Counted from the stretch's first letter, positions 38,887 to 48,743 are shown. The stretch: 64,000 bases of DNA from Desulfovibrionaceae bacterium (GCA_036655975.1 JAVVPD010000001.1:12047-76046); one strand, 5' to 3'. Made by a program: numbers and translations. The notes: generated by a model from the letters alone, not told the origin.

Positions 38887-39585
38887 TCATATTTCTGCTA
38901 GGCGGCGTAGCAAGGAGTAATCGGAAATGTGTACTTCACGTGCCGTAAATGCTTCTATAACTCCCATTTTTTTTAGCTGTTGTATAACGCGAGCTAATGT
39001 TGTGCGGTGGACTCCTAAAAGGTCTGCCACCTCTTGTTGTGTCACGCCTGACGGAAAAAACTTCTTATCACCGTTACGTTGCGACAGGCTAATAATATAC
39101 CGTGCTACATGTGTCAAATGACTACCAGTGCCCATATCAGCTAAAAATGAATAGTGAATAAGCATTTTCCCCCCCATACTTTGCAAAAGATTTTGCACAA
39201 GATGCGGGTAGGTACTGATAAAGTCTATAGAGATAATATTCGGGGGAAAACGGTATAGAATAGTATCTTTTAAACAACGGAATTCACCACCAGGCTCATA
39301 ACCAGACAGGGAACGGGCTTCATTGAAAAGACTTTCCGGTTCAATATAGAGGGCAATACGGTCCTGCCCCCCTGTGGAACTGTAGGTGATAATGACCGTA
39401 CCTTTTTCTAAATAATACATACCGCTTTGTGGTTGGTGAGGTATGACAGCATTCTTTGAAAAAACCATCTGTGTTGCCAAATGTAAAACTTCTTTCCATG
39501 GTGTGTTAAGACCTTTTATCCGTGCAGTTTTTGCCATAGCGTCACTAAAAGGCTTATAGATATCGTTTTCATAATTTTTTTTCAT
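38887..39585 (-). CDS. Crp/Fnr-family transcriptional regulator (no FNR-type Cys cluster)
   Basis: cNMP-binding-like beta-roll (YYLEKGTVII) and the C-terminal HTH TQQEVADLLGVHRTTLARVIQQLKK. The gene is markedly AT-richer than its neighbours. Confidence 0.85.
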   Translation of the reverse strand: MKKNYENDIYKPFSDAMAKTARIKGLNTPWKEVLHLATQMVFSKNAVIPHQPQSGMYYLEKGTVIITYSSTGGQDRIALYIEPESLFNEARSLSGYEPGGEFRCLKDTILYRFPPNIISIDFISTYPHLVQNLLQSMGGKMLIHYSFLADMGTGSHLTHVARYIISLSQRNGDKKFFPSGVTQQEVADLLGVHRTTLARVIQQLKKMGVIEAFTAREVHISDYSLLRRLAEI

Positions 39586-39833
39586 AATGACACATCCTTT
39601 ATAAGGAAATAAATTATACAGTAAACAGCTAAAACATACATGAATACGCTTTTAATGACAAGTATAATAAAATAATTGTCTATATATAAAATTAACAAAA
39701 GAAGTAGCTCTATATGGCAACTTCTTACGTTAATAATATATATATGGCGTATAAAACACTATATTTAAGGAGGTAAACTATTCAGTACAATTTGTTTTTG
39801 CGTACATTTAAATGGATACTTTAAGGAGTACGT

Positions 39834-40952
39834 ATGAAAAAGCTATCAACTCTCATCATTGCCTTGGCGCTTATGTTCAGTTTGGTTGCACCAAACTCAG
39901 CACAAGCCGTGTATGAGCTCAAAATTCAAACCTCACTGGCTAATTCCAGCATGTACTACAAAACGCTTGAGCGTTTGAAAAAGTACATTGAAACCTTGTC
40001 GCAAGGGGAAATCAAGGTAGAACTGTTCGCCGACGGCGCTGTGGTTAAAAGCTTTGAAATTTTTGACGCCGTAAGCCAGGGCATTGTCACAGGCGGACAA
40101 TGCTGGACACACTGGGCCTCCGGTAAGCACCCGGCGGGCACGCTGTTTTCCGCCCCTGTAGGGGGTTTGGGCATCGGCCTTGACCAAAGTGGCGTTTTGG
40201 CATGGATGTGGGAAGGGCAGGGTATGGCACTGCTCAATGAATATTATCAAAAAATTATCAAGGTCAATATCAAGGCCTATCCCGCGCTCCCCATGGGGCC
40301 AGAAGCCTTTGGCTGGTTCCACAAAAAGTACACAACTTTCGCCGAATTCAATAAATTAAAATTCCGCTGCCCTCCCGGTGTTCCCGCTGAAGTTTTCAAA
40401 GAAATGGGCATGCCCGTGGTCTCCATGTCTGGTGTAGATATTATTCCCGCAGCACAGCGCGGCGTTATTGACGCGGCCGAATGGATTGGCCCCGGGGAAG
40501 ATATCGCTTTAGGCTTTGCCGATGTGTGGAAGCATTTCTACCTGCAAGGTATGCATCAGGCTATTTCTATCGGCGATGTATATGTCAACTTGGATTGGTA
40601 CAACAAACTTCCCAAGCATTTGCAGTCTGTCATTGATATTTCCATGAAGGCGACAGTTACCGACCAGCTGCTCACCAATGTTAGTGTCAACTCACAGGCT
40701 CTGGAAACACTGGTACGTAAAGAAAATGTTGTTATTGAAGAAACGCCTCTGGAATACTACCCCATCTATATGAAGGCCGCACGCAAGGTTCTGGAAAAGT
40801 ATATGTCAGATCCTTTCTTCAAAAAGGTCTACGATTCGCAATTGGCATGGGCAAAAATGACTGTTCCCTATCAACTACGTTCCAACGGCTTGTATTACAA
40901 TATTGGTAAGGCCGCCATGGACGCAGGCATCATCACAGATTACAAAAAATAA
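39834..40952 (+). CDS. TRAP transporter substrate-binding protein (DctP family), substrate unknown
   Basis: Signal peptide ending APNSAQA. DctP-type length and sequence. AAGGAG RBS. Followed by Q and M permease genes. Confidence 0.85.
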   Translation: MKKLSTLIIALALMFSLVAPNSAQAVYELKIQTSLANSSMYYKTLERLKKYIETLSQGEIKVELFADGAVVKSFEIFDAVSQGIVTGGQCWTHWASGKHPAGTLFSAPVGGLGIGLDQSGVLAWMWEGQGMALLNEYYQKIIKVNIKAYPALPMGPEAFGWFHKKYTTFAEFNKLKFRCPPGVPAEVFKEMGMPVVSMSGVDIIPAAQRGVIDAAEWIGPGEDIALGFADVWKHFYLQGMHQAISIGDVYVNLDWYNKLPKHLQSVIDISMKATVTDQLLTNVSVNSQALETLVRKENVVIEETPLEYYPIYMKAARKVLEKYMSDPFFKKVYDSQLAWAKMTVPYQLRSNGLYYNIGKAAMDAGIITDYKK

Positions 40953-40967
40953 TATCTAACTGACAGC

Positions 40968-40989
40968 GGGGGGAGGCTGTGTCTCCCCC
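40968..40989 (+). other. Intercistronic hairpin after the TRAP binding-protein gene (GGGGGGAG-GCTGTGT-CTCCCCC)
   Basis: Read from the sequence. Its position between the P and Q genes fits an mRNA-stabilising or partial-terminator hairpin. Confidence 0.4.
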
Positions 40990-41036
40990 TACTGCCACGG
41001 CTTTTCCTGTAATAAACGTAACATAAAGGGGTTAGT

Positions 41037-41639
41037 ATGACACATTGTGATCAAGCCCTGTGCCATGTTCCGCCGTCCGCCACAGCAATCATCAATGGTA
41101 TTGATACCCTGAACATCACTGTGGGCAAGGGAGCTGCGTGGCTCATCATGCCCATGATGCTCAGCCTTATCTATGAAGTCGCTATGCGTTATCTGTTTCA
41201 TAGCCCCACCATATGGGCCATGGACATTGCGTTAATTTTATACGGCATACACTTCATGGTCGGATCACCGTATTGCTTGCAGCAAGGGCAGCACATCCGT
41301 ACAGATTTTTTCTACAATCGATGGAGCACGAAAACCAGAGCTCTTGTTGATATGTTTAATTACATCGTCTTCTTTTTTCCCACCCACCTGATATTTTTTG
41401 ATATCGGCGTAAATTATTTTCTCAAATCGTATCAACAAAACGAAACCTCTGTTTCAAGCCCTTGGATGCCCATTATCTGGCCTTTAAAAATGGCTATCCC
41501 CGTTTGCGTAGGCTTAACCCTATTGCAGGGCGTTTCTGAATTCATCAAAAGCTATTACCGCTGGAAAACAGGCGCTAATCTTTGGTTAGCGGAGGACGAA
41601 CTTCCTCAAGTAGAGCAGCCGACGGATATTGCCAAATAG
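41037..41639 (+). CDS. TRAP transporter small permease (DctQ-like)
   Basis: Four predicted TM helices, about 200 aa, located between the DctP- and DctM-type genes. Confidence 0.8.
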   Translation: MTHCDQALCHVPPSATAIINGIDTLNITVGKGAAWLIMPMMLSLIYEVAMRYLFHSPTIWAMDIALILYGIHFMVGSPYCLQQGQHIRTDFFYNRWSTKTRALVDMFNYIVFFFPTHLIFFDIGVNYFLKSYQQNETSVSSPWMPIIWPLKMAIPVCVGLTLLQGVSEFIKSYYRWKTGANLWLAEDELPQVEQPTDIAK

Positions 41640-41684
41640 CCTCTCCACACGAGATACGACACTTTTGCTCAGGAGAAATGAACT

Positions 41685-43010
41685 ATGGAAATGAGCTATA
41701 ACGAGATGTTAGCCCTGCTCTCTATCGTAGGTATGTTTACCGCCTTTTGTACGGGATTTCCCATTTCATATACTATGATTTTCAGCGGTCTGGTTTTCGG
41801 CTACTTGGGTTTTGGAAAAATTGTCTTTTACCTACTGACCGTACAATTTTATCAGGTTATGAGCGACTCAGTTATGGGGGCCATCCCCTTCTTCCTCTTC
41901 ATGGGCTATTTGCTGGAGGGGGCGGGATTGATGGATAGGCTCTTCCGTTCCTTCCAACTCCTTTTTGCCAAGCTTCCCGGCTCTCTATACGCCGCCATTA
42001 CCCTTACGGGGACTATCTTTGCTGCAGCCACGGGCATTGTAGGCTCGTCAGTAAACCTTTTATGCGTCATGTCCGAACCCTCCATGCGCCGGAGCGGCTA
42101 TAATATCCGCATGGGCGCGGGCTGTATTGCCGCAGCAGGCACACTGGGCATTCTTATTCCGCCCAGTATTATGCTGGTTGTCCTTGGGCCCATCATGGGG
42201 GTACCCGTCACCGATTTGTTCGCCGCCGCCATTTTCCCCGGCCTGCTGCTGGCAGCCATCTACGTTGCCTATTCCCTCATCCGCTGCGCGATTACCCCTT
42301 CCCTTGGCCCACCTTTGCCTAAAGACATGTGGCCCACGAGCATACGCGTGGTGCTCAAAGATATGTTGATTGGGGTTATTCCGCTAGTATTGTTGATTGC
42401 CGCCACGCTGGGCAGTATTCTGACAGGGGTAGCCACACCTACAGAAGCCTCTGCCTGTGGTGCTTTTGGTTCCTTGCTTATGGTTCTTGGCTACCGCCGG
42501 CTCACATGGGCGGCCTTTAAAAGTTCCATGTACCGCACCATTGTGCTCTCCTCCATGATTTTAATCATGATCGCTTCGTGTAACTTTTTCGGCTCTGTTT
42601 TTTCCCGCCTTGGTGGGGCAACGTGGTTGTCAAATATGCTGCTCAGTTTAGACATCCCCCCCATGGCCATGCTCTTTTTAATCATGACCATCATTTTCTT
42701 CATGGGTTGGGCCATGGAATGGATTCCCATTGTGCTCATCCTTATTCCTTTGCTGTTGCCCACGGTGGAAGCCATGCACTTTGACAAGCTGTGGTTCAGC
42801 CTTGTGGTTGCCGTAACCCTGCAAACATCTTGGCTCTCCCCCCCAGTGGCCTTGTCAGCCTATTTTATTAAGGGCAGTTTACCCCACTGGAGCTTGATGG
42901 ATATTTATAAAGGGATGTTCCAATATATTGGCTGTCAGCTCGTCGGGCTGATCTTGGTGATCTTCTTCCCCAGTATTGTCACTTGGCTCCCCAATTACCT
43001 CAGACCATAA
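41685..43010 (+). CDS. TRAP transporter large permease (DctM-like)
   Basis: 441 aa polytopic protein. The DctM-type N-terminus (GFPISYTMIFSGLVFGY) and IPFFLFMG motif are present. AGGAGA RBS. Confidence 0.9.
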   Translation: MEMSYNEMLALLSIVGMFTAFCTGFPISYTMIFSGLVFGYLGFGKIVFYLLTVQFYQVMSDSVMGAIPFFLFMGYLLEGAGLMDRLFRSFQLLFAKLPGSLYAAITLTGTIFAAATGIVGSSVNLLCVMSEPSMRRSGYNIRMGAGCIAAAGTLGILIPPSIMLVVLGPIMGVPVTDLFAAAIFPGLLLAAIYVAYSLIRCAITPSLGPPLPKDMWPTSIRVVLKDMLIGVIPLVLLIAATLGSILTGVATPTEASACGAFGSLLMVLGYRRLTWAAFKSSMYRTIVLSSMILIMIASCNFFGSVFSRLGGATWLSNMLLSLDIPPMAMLFLIMTIIFFMGWAMEWIPIVLILIPLLLPTVEAMHFDKLWFSLVVAVTLQTSWLSPPVALSAYFIKGSLPHWSLMDIYKGMFQYIGCQLVGLILVIFFPSIVTWLPNYLRP

Positions 43011-43043
43011 ACAAACAGTATACCACAAACAAAAGGTTGAGCT

Positions 43044-43718
43044 ATGCCACGTTATTTTTTGCATATATGTCTTGTAGGCTCGCTCTTGACGCTCTTGTGG
43101 TTCGCCTTGCTCGGGGGATCTGCGGCCTTTGCGGCAGATCCCCCCAAGACGGATGCGCCTCCGCTGCTGTATGCAAATTTGCCGTGGGGTGCCTCAAAAG
43201 CAGCGCTCATGCGCCTACCGGAAATGAGCCACGCCCAAACAGGCGAAGGGGAATTCAGCCAAGATCTTTTGGTTGCCCAAACACACTTTGCCGCCCTCAC
43301 ATGGGGCATGCGCCTCGTATTCAACCAAGATAAACTCACCCGCGTGAGCCTTATGGCCCCCTACAGCCCAGAACGCCTGCGCCAAAGCCTTGCCCACTTA
43401 AAAACCGAGCACTACGAAATGCTGGCGGTTTTGGTAAATGACACCCGCCTAGACTGCGTAGAAATTCTTAAAACCCAAGGCCCGCAGGCGGTGCGTGAAA
43501 AACTGGTGCCCCTGCTGGCCCAAAAACCACAACGCGTGGTGTATGCGTGGTTTCAAGTTGGTGAACTAAGTGGAGAAATTAAAACCATGTCCAGTACCCT
43601 CAAAAACTTGCTTATGAGTGTTCCCGCCCACACCAAAGAAGTCGAAGTTGTGCTTATGGCGGGGGAAGACGGGAAACCCGGCTTGCTGCTGCTCGAATTC
43701 AGCTTTCCGCTGCTTTAA
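43044..43718 (+). CDS. Hypothetical secreted protein
   Basis: Signal peptide ...LLGGSAAFAADPP. No recognisable domain. Confidence 0.5.
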   Translation: MPRYFLHICLVGSLLTLLWFALLGGSAAFAADPPKTDAPPLLYANLPWGASKAALMRLPEMSHAQTGEGEFSQDLLVAQTHFAALTWGMRLVFNQDKLTRVSLMAPYSPERLRQSLAHLKTEHYEMLAVLVNDTRLDCVEILKTQGPQAVREKLVPLLAQKPQRVVYAWFQVGELSGEIKTMSSTLKNLLMSVPAHTKEVEVVLMAGEDGKPGLLLLEFSFPLL

Positions 43719-43749
43719 GGCATTCTTGATTCCAGACGCTCCCTCCGGC
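43715..43749 (+). repeat. Intergenic repeat copy E (R module; overlaps the TAA stop of the upstream gene)
   Basis: TTAAGGCATTCTTGATTCCAGACGCTCCCTCCGGC. It is followed by about 70 nt unrelated to the L module. TAAGGCAwTCTT recurs at 43823. Confidence 0.8.
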
Positions 43750-43851
43750 TCCTGCATCGGAAAGCCGTCATAGCGCACCGGCAAAGAGCGCACTGGACAG
43801 CGCCCTTCACCTCGGGTATCGCTAAGGCAATCTTTTGCAGGAGACGTGCAC

Positions 43852-45081
43852 ATGTCCCTTTCCCCTCCCGCCGCGTTGCCCATGGGCCTGCGCCTGGCAA
43901 ATTTCTTCCGTCCCACGGAATTAACCACGGAATTTGACAGGCGTATGTACGCTTTTTTGTTCATCCTTACCTTTGGCGGGGTGGTGGCCTTTCAGGCATG
44001 GACAACCCTCTATACCAATTATGCGGTTAACGTGGTGGGCCTAAACGGGGCACAAAACGGTATTGTCCAAGGCATGCGCGAAGTTCCGGGCCTGCTTGGC
44101 ATCGGCGTTATCGCCCTCTTATGGTGTGTACGCGAGCAAACCCTTGCCGTTCTGGCTACCCTCACCTTGGGCCTTGGGGTTATGCTCACGGGCTTTTTTC
44201 CCCATTATGGGGGAATAGTCGTGTGCACCATGATTATGTCTTTCGGCTTTCATTATTTTGAAACCGTCAACCAATCCCTCACCCTACAAGCCTACAACAC
44301 CACCGTGGCCCCACTGGTTATCGGGCGCTTGCGCGGCATCACGGCGGGCGGTAATATTGTTGCGGGGCTGTTCATTCTGCTGAGCGCACAATGGCTGAGT
44401 TTTACCCAAATGTTTTTGGTTGCCGGTGTCTTAGCCATTGCCGCCGCAGCCTATGCCCTCACCCGCATGCCCGATATGCGCCACCTGCCCGTACAGCACA
44501 AAAATATGGTGCTGCGTTCCCGCTACTGGCTGTTCTACGCGTTAAGCTTTCTGGCAGGCGGAAGGCGACAAATATTTGTGGTGTTTTCCCTGTATCTGCT
44601 GGTGGAGCATTTTGACTATACCATCACGTCCATTACGGTATTATTTTTAATTAATAACGGCATCAACTGGTTTCTCAATCCCTTCATTGGCAAGGCCATC
44701 AATACGTGGGGGGAACGCCGCCTACTGACTATTGAATATTGCACCGTTTTGGTGATATTCTTGGGCTACGCATGGACTGACAGCCATCTTCTTGCGGGGT
44801 TTTTGTATATTATTGACCAAATTGTGTACAATTTTTCCCTAGCGGTACGCACCTTTTTTCAAAAAATTGCCGCGCCCGCCGATATCGCGCCCAGTATGGC
44901 GGTCAACGTCACCATTAACCATATCGCCGCCGTGGTCGTGCCCGTGTTCGGCGGAATGCTCTGGCTGCTAGATTACCGAATCCCCTTTTACCTTGGTGCG
45001 GGTCTGGCGATTGTTTCCTTACTATTGGCCCAACGCATTGACGCGGAAATCCTAAAAAACCAACGCGCTGCCCGCGCATAA
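43852..45081 (+). CDS. MFS-type transporter
   Basis: About 12 hydrophobic helices over 409 aa. ATG at 43852 with AGGAG 8 nt upstream. Confidence 0.75.
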   Translation: MSLSPPAALPMGLRLANFFRPTELTTEFDRRMYAFLFILTFGGVVAFQAWTTLYTNYAVNVVGLNGAQNGIVQGMREVPGLLGIGVIALLWCVREQTLAVLATLTLGLGVMLTGFFPHYGGIVVCTMIMSFGFHYFETVNQSLTLQAYNTTVAPLVIGRLRGITAGGNIVAGLFILLSAQWLSFTQMFLVAGVLAIAAAAYALTRMPDMRHLPVQHKNMVLRSRYWLFYALSFLAGGRRQIFVVFSLYLLVEHFDYTITSITVLFLINNGINWFLNPFIGKAINTWGERRLLTIEYCTVLVIFLGYAWTDSHLLAGFLYIIDQIVYNFSLAVRTFFQKIAAPADIAPSMAVNVTINHIAAVVVPVFGGMLWLLDYRIPFYLGAGLAIVSLLLAQRIDAEILKNQRAARA

Positions 45082-45104
45082 ATGCATTACTCAAGGAGCC
45101 CCCT

Positions 45105-45581
45105 ATGCACATTTTTTTCCGTAACACCGCATTGTTGCTGGCCTTGTGCCTATTTGTCCCTGCACTCACCCACGCGGCAGACGCCCAAGCCGGCAAAGCC
45201 ATGGCCGACAAGCCCGCCAAAAATGTAGAACGCCGCACCACCATTGCCGTTATCCACGAAGGCAATGACAGCATCGGCGCACGCTTGGCTACCCGCCTCA
45301 AGGAAACATTCAATGCCAGCAATCTTTTTGTGCTCAACGACAAAGACGCTCCCAAGGTTCGCCTGCTGCTGACCACCCAGCCCGAATTTTCTACCCGCCC
45401 CGCTGTGGGATCGGTCTATTCCGCCGTATGGATTTTCAGCCAGAGTGACGCCCACCTTGGCTATCTCCTCGCCCGTGAGCTTGGTACCCTCAATATGGAC
45501 GATGTGGATAACCTCGTGCAGCAGCTCGTGGAACGCACGGACGGTGTATCCGTAAAATACAGTTATTTATTTAATAATTAA
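45105..45581 (+). CDS. Hypothetical secreted protein
   Basis: Signal peptide MHIFFRNTALLLALCLFVPALTHA. No recognisable domain. Confidence 0.5.
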   Translation: MHIFFRNTALLLALCLFVPALTHAADAQAGKAMADKPAKNVERRTTIAVIHEGNDSIGARLATRLKETFNASNLFVLNDKDAPKVRLLLTTQPEFSTRPAVGSVYSAVWIFSQSDAHLGYLLARELGTLNMDDVDNLVQQLVERTDGVSVKYSYLFNN

Positions 45582-45588
45582 AGTATGT

Positions 45589-45687
45589 TATAAAAGTTAC
45601 GCACATTGGAACATTTTGCTGGCGTAGGCGAAATGTACTTTCGCCGTAAAGCGCTGGAGGGAGCGTCTGGAATCAAAGATGCTTTAG
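45589..45687 (-). repeat. Intergenic repeat copy B, full length (about 99 nt, both modules)
   Basis: GGCGTAGGCGAAATGTACTTTCGCCGTAAAGCGCTGGAGGGAGCGTCTGGAATCAAAGATGCTTTAG at 45621-45687. The upstream TTACGCA block is shared with copy A. Confidence 0.8.
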
Positions 45688-45707
45688 AAATATAAGCGAC
45701 ACCCAAA

Positions 45708-45749
45708 GCTTTCCCCTGCATGCTCTCTGAAGCAGGGGAAAGCTTTTTT
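45708..45749 (+). terminator. Intrinsic terminator (12-bp stem GCTTTCCCCTGC/GCAGGGGAAAGC, 12-nt loop, T6)
   Basis: Read from the sequence. It lies 127 nt after the stop at 45581, just past repeat copy B. Confidence 0.7.
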
Positions 45750-46039
45750 AATTAATAATTACATGCTAGTATCCTATTTACGCACACTAGGAACACAAAG
45801 AACAAACAGACCTTTCCCCAGCGCGGCGGTCGGCACACAAACTGGACAAAGGCCCCGCCCAACTATAGTTTATGACTATATATTAGCGCATTTTTTGTCA
45901 CGGCTACGAAAGACGGCTTGTATATCGTCTTTGATTAAGGCATACTTTGTGAACAATTGCACGAACAGCGCGCAAGAAAATTCACCACCCGCCGGATATA
46001 TCACTAACCTATTGCAGTCTACGGTATGAGGAATCACCA

Positions 46040-47056
46040 ATGAAAAAAGTCACAGTAGCAATCAACGGCTTTGGTCGTATCGGTCGTCAGGTATTTCGCG
46101 CTTTACACAGTAAGTACCAAGATACCGTCGAAGTGGTTGCCATCAATGATTTGTATGATGCGGAAACAAATTTTCACCTACTCGAATATGATTCGGTGTA
46201 CGGGCGGGCCTTTTTAGACGCAAAGGTCACGGGGCAGGACGTACGCGTGGGGGCGTGGAATGTGCATTGCTTTGCCGAGCGCGACCCCAAACAATTGCGT
46301 TGGAGCGACTATGGCGTGGACGTTGTGGTGGAATCCACGGGGATTTTCCGTTCCGCCAAGGACGCACACGTGCATATCGACAATGGCGCCAAAAAAGTTA
46401 TCATCACCGCCCCAGCGAAAGAAGAAGACCTGACCATCGTCATGGGCGTCAACGATGACCAATACGATCCCGCCAAGCATCATATTCTGTCCAATGCCTC
46501 GTGTACGACCAATTGCCTCGCACCCGCCGCTTTTGTGGTGCACGAGCAATTCGGCATCAAACAGGGCACCATGCTCACCGTGCACTCCTATACCAACGAC
46601 CAACGCATTTTGGATATGGCCCATAAAGACCTGCGCCGCGCCCGTGCCGCCGCCTGTAGCATAATTCCCACCTCCACAGGGGCTGCTCAGGCCGTTGCCA
46701 AGGTCATTCCTGCCCTCAAAGGCCGTTTCACCGGCTATTCCCTGCGTGTGCCCACCCCCACCGTGTCCATCGTGGATTTTACGGCTCTGCTGGAAAAACC
46801 CACGGATACGGCAGGCCTGCGCGCCGCGCTTCAGCACGCGTCAGAAACCAAGCTCCGGGGAATTCTTGAGTATAATGACAAGCCCCTCGTGTCCATGGAC
46901 TTCAAAGGCAATGCCCATTCCTCCATTCTTGATGCCGAATACACCACCGTTCAAGACGGCACCCTCGCCAAAATTGTCGCGTGGTACGATAATGAATGGG
47001 GCTATTCCTGCCGTGTCTGCGACGTTATCTGCCTCATGCACAGCAAGGGCCTATAA
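46040..47056 (+). CDS. gapA: Type I glyceraldehyde-3-phosphate dehydrogenase
   Basis: INGFGRIGR, the active site [12 protein letters not shown], and WYDNEWGYS. Confidence 0.97.
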   Translation: MKKVTVAINGFGRIGRQVFRALHSKYQDTVEVVAINDLYDAETNFHLLEYDSVYGRAFLDAKVTGQDVRVGAWNVHCFAERDPKQLRWSDYGVDVVVESTGIFRSAKDAHVHIDNGAKKVIITAPAKEEDLTIVMGVNDDQYDPAKHHILSNASCTTNCLAPAAFVVHEQFGIKQGTMLTVHSYTNDQRILDMAHKDLRRARAAACSIIPTSTGAAQAVAKVIPALKGRFTGYSLRVPTPTVSIVDFTALLEKPTDTAGLRAALQHASETKLRGILEYNDKPLVSMDFKGNAHSSILDAEYTTVQDGTLAKIVAWYDNEWGYSCRVCDVICLMHSKGL

Positions 47057-47068
47057 ACTTTTTTTCCG

Positions 47069-47133
47069 CCTATAAAAAACCACAGGCTTTCTCCGCAACA
47101 AGGGCGCGGGGAAAGCCTGTGGTTTTTTATAGG
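47069..47133. terminator. Bidirectional intrinsic terminator between gapA and nrfA (23-nt perfect arms including A6/T6 tracts)
   Basis: CCTATAAAAAACCACAGGCTTTC, 19 nt, GAAAGCCTGTGGTTTTTTATAGG. The arms were verified as exact reverse complements. Confidence 0.75.
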
Positions 47134-47198
47134 CTCGAACATGTTATGAAGGGTGACACGGGGAAGCACAGCTCCCCCGTGTCGGTATCCATTACTTC

Positions 47199-48743
47199 TT
47201 ACTTCTGGCTTATCTTCTTCTGTCCGTCCCACACCTGATCGGCTTGGGGAAGCACCGGCAGCAGCTTCAGCCACGGGTGTGACTGCAGGTAGGCCGGGTC
47301 TTGTTGGAGCTTGCGGCTCATGGTCTTAATGGGCGGAACAATAGCCTTAATGTCACCGGCAAGGGCGGCGTTGATGCCGTACTTGGTGGCGGCAGTGGCG
47401 TCGTCAATAGCCTTTTGGCTGTATTCCATGGAAGACATTAAGGTATCCAGCGCCTTGGCGGGGTTATGGAAGCCCACGCTGTTTTCGGCGGAAACATAAT
47501 CCCAGAACAACTGACCCTTGCGGATCATTTCACGGGCATTTTGCATCAGCTCAACGTAATTATCAGCCTTAGGCCCAGCATAGGCATCTGCCAAACGCAC
47601 GGATTCATGGGCCTTTACGGACAATTCCTGCGCCAGCAACAATTGCTTGAAGGTTTTTTCCTGCGTATAGAGCACACGCCCGCGCAGATATTCAGGGCTC
47701 TTATCCGCGTGACACTTGCGGCAGGCGGTCATATTGGGATCTTTGAGGGGCGCGGTCATCCAGTGACTGGATATCTTCTGCCCGTCAACCTTCTGGTAGG
47801 CCATATGACAATCCGCACACGCAACCCCAGCCGCGCCGTGGGGGCCATCGATCCAGGTTTCATATTCTGGATGCTGCATCTTGATCATCGGGGTTTTGGA
47901 TGCCGGATGTACCCAATCAGCAAAGGGCCCGTTCTTAGGGCCGTGTTCCTTATAATATTCGTACATATCGTTGGGGCCAAAACCCTTATCCCACGGGAAT
48001 ACAGGCTTGGCAGCCGGGCCATTGTCTTTGTGGGTAAAGTAGTATTCCACGTGACATTGGGCGCACACAAGAGAACGCATTTCGTTGCGCGACATTTTTT
48101 CGGGATCCTTGCCCGAACGCTTGAGCCAATCCTTCATGGGTTCGGAATAGAAACGCAGCTTCATGGTCTGCGGATCATGACAGGTGGCGCAAGAAACAGA
48201 ATGATCCTTGGCGTCAAGCTTATCACGGAACTGGTTGACATCTTTGGACCAGAAGGCGTCGCCATCGGCCTTAACCCATTCCATCATCTTGGGGGTTTTA
48301 CAATTCCAGCAGGTGGCGGGCAAGCCGCCCTTTTCCGCATAGCGATTGATGCGGTCGATGTTTACAAAGTCTTGCACGGCATAGGTGTGACCACGGGCTT
48401 CACGGTATTCGTACATAAAAGGATAGCCCAGCCACAAATTCTTCAAATAGGGCTGTGCATGCTTATAGCCTTCCGGCAAGGGATCGCTATTATTATTCTT
48501 CATGTACGGTACCGAGCCTTTATACTCGGTCATAACCGTACTTTCGTTATTTTTTTGGTAGCTTTCGCTTTGTTTAGGGAAAGCCGCCTTAAATGCGGAA
48601 GTCCGCAATTCGTCAGCCGCAAGGCCCGTTTTGTAGGTGGGCGTCTTCAGTTCTGTAGTAACATCGTCAGAGCAGCCGCTCACGAGGGCTGCGCCCATAA
48701 GGGCCGTGACCGCAATGCCGATGGTGAATATCCGCTTATTCAT
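47199..48743 (-). CDS. nrfA: Cytochrome c nitrite reductase, pentaheme catalytic subunit
   Basis: CWNCK (Lys-ligated active-site heme) plus CATCH, CAQCH, CADCH and CRKCH. N-terminal signal sequence with an LVSGC lipobox-like motif. Confidence 0.95.
   Translation of the reverse strand: MNKRIFTIGIAVTALMGAALVSGCSDDVTTELKTPTYKTGLAADELRTSAFKAAFPKQSESYQKNNESTVMTEYKGSVPYMKNNNSDPLPEGYKHAQPYLKNLWLGYPFMYEYREARGHTYAVQDFVNIDRINRYAEKGGLPATCWNCKTPKMMEWVKADGDAFWSKDVNQFRDKLDAKDHSVSCATCHDPQTMKLRFYSEPMKDWLKRSGKDPEKMSRNEMRSLVCAQCHVEYYFTHKDNGPAAKPVFPWDKGFGPNDMYEYYKEHGPKNGPFADWVHPASKTPMIKMQHPEYETWIDGPHGAAGVACADCHMAYQKVDGQKISSHWMTAPLKDPNMTACRKCHADKSPEYLRGRVLYTQEKTFKQLLLAQELSVKAHESVRLADAYAGPKADNYVELMQNAREMIRKGQLFWDYVSAENSVGFHNPAKALDTLMSSMEYSQKAIDDATAATKYGINAALAGDIKAIVPPIKTMSRKLQQDPAYLQSHPWLKLLPVLPQADQVWDGQKKISQK

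Noticed and set aside
45763-46029. An 88-aa ORF in the long gap upstream of gapA.
   Set aside because: It has no RBS, an odd amino-acid composition, AT-rich non-coding-like sequence and no motif. More likely this is promoter and leader DNA of gapA.
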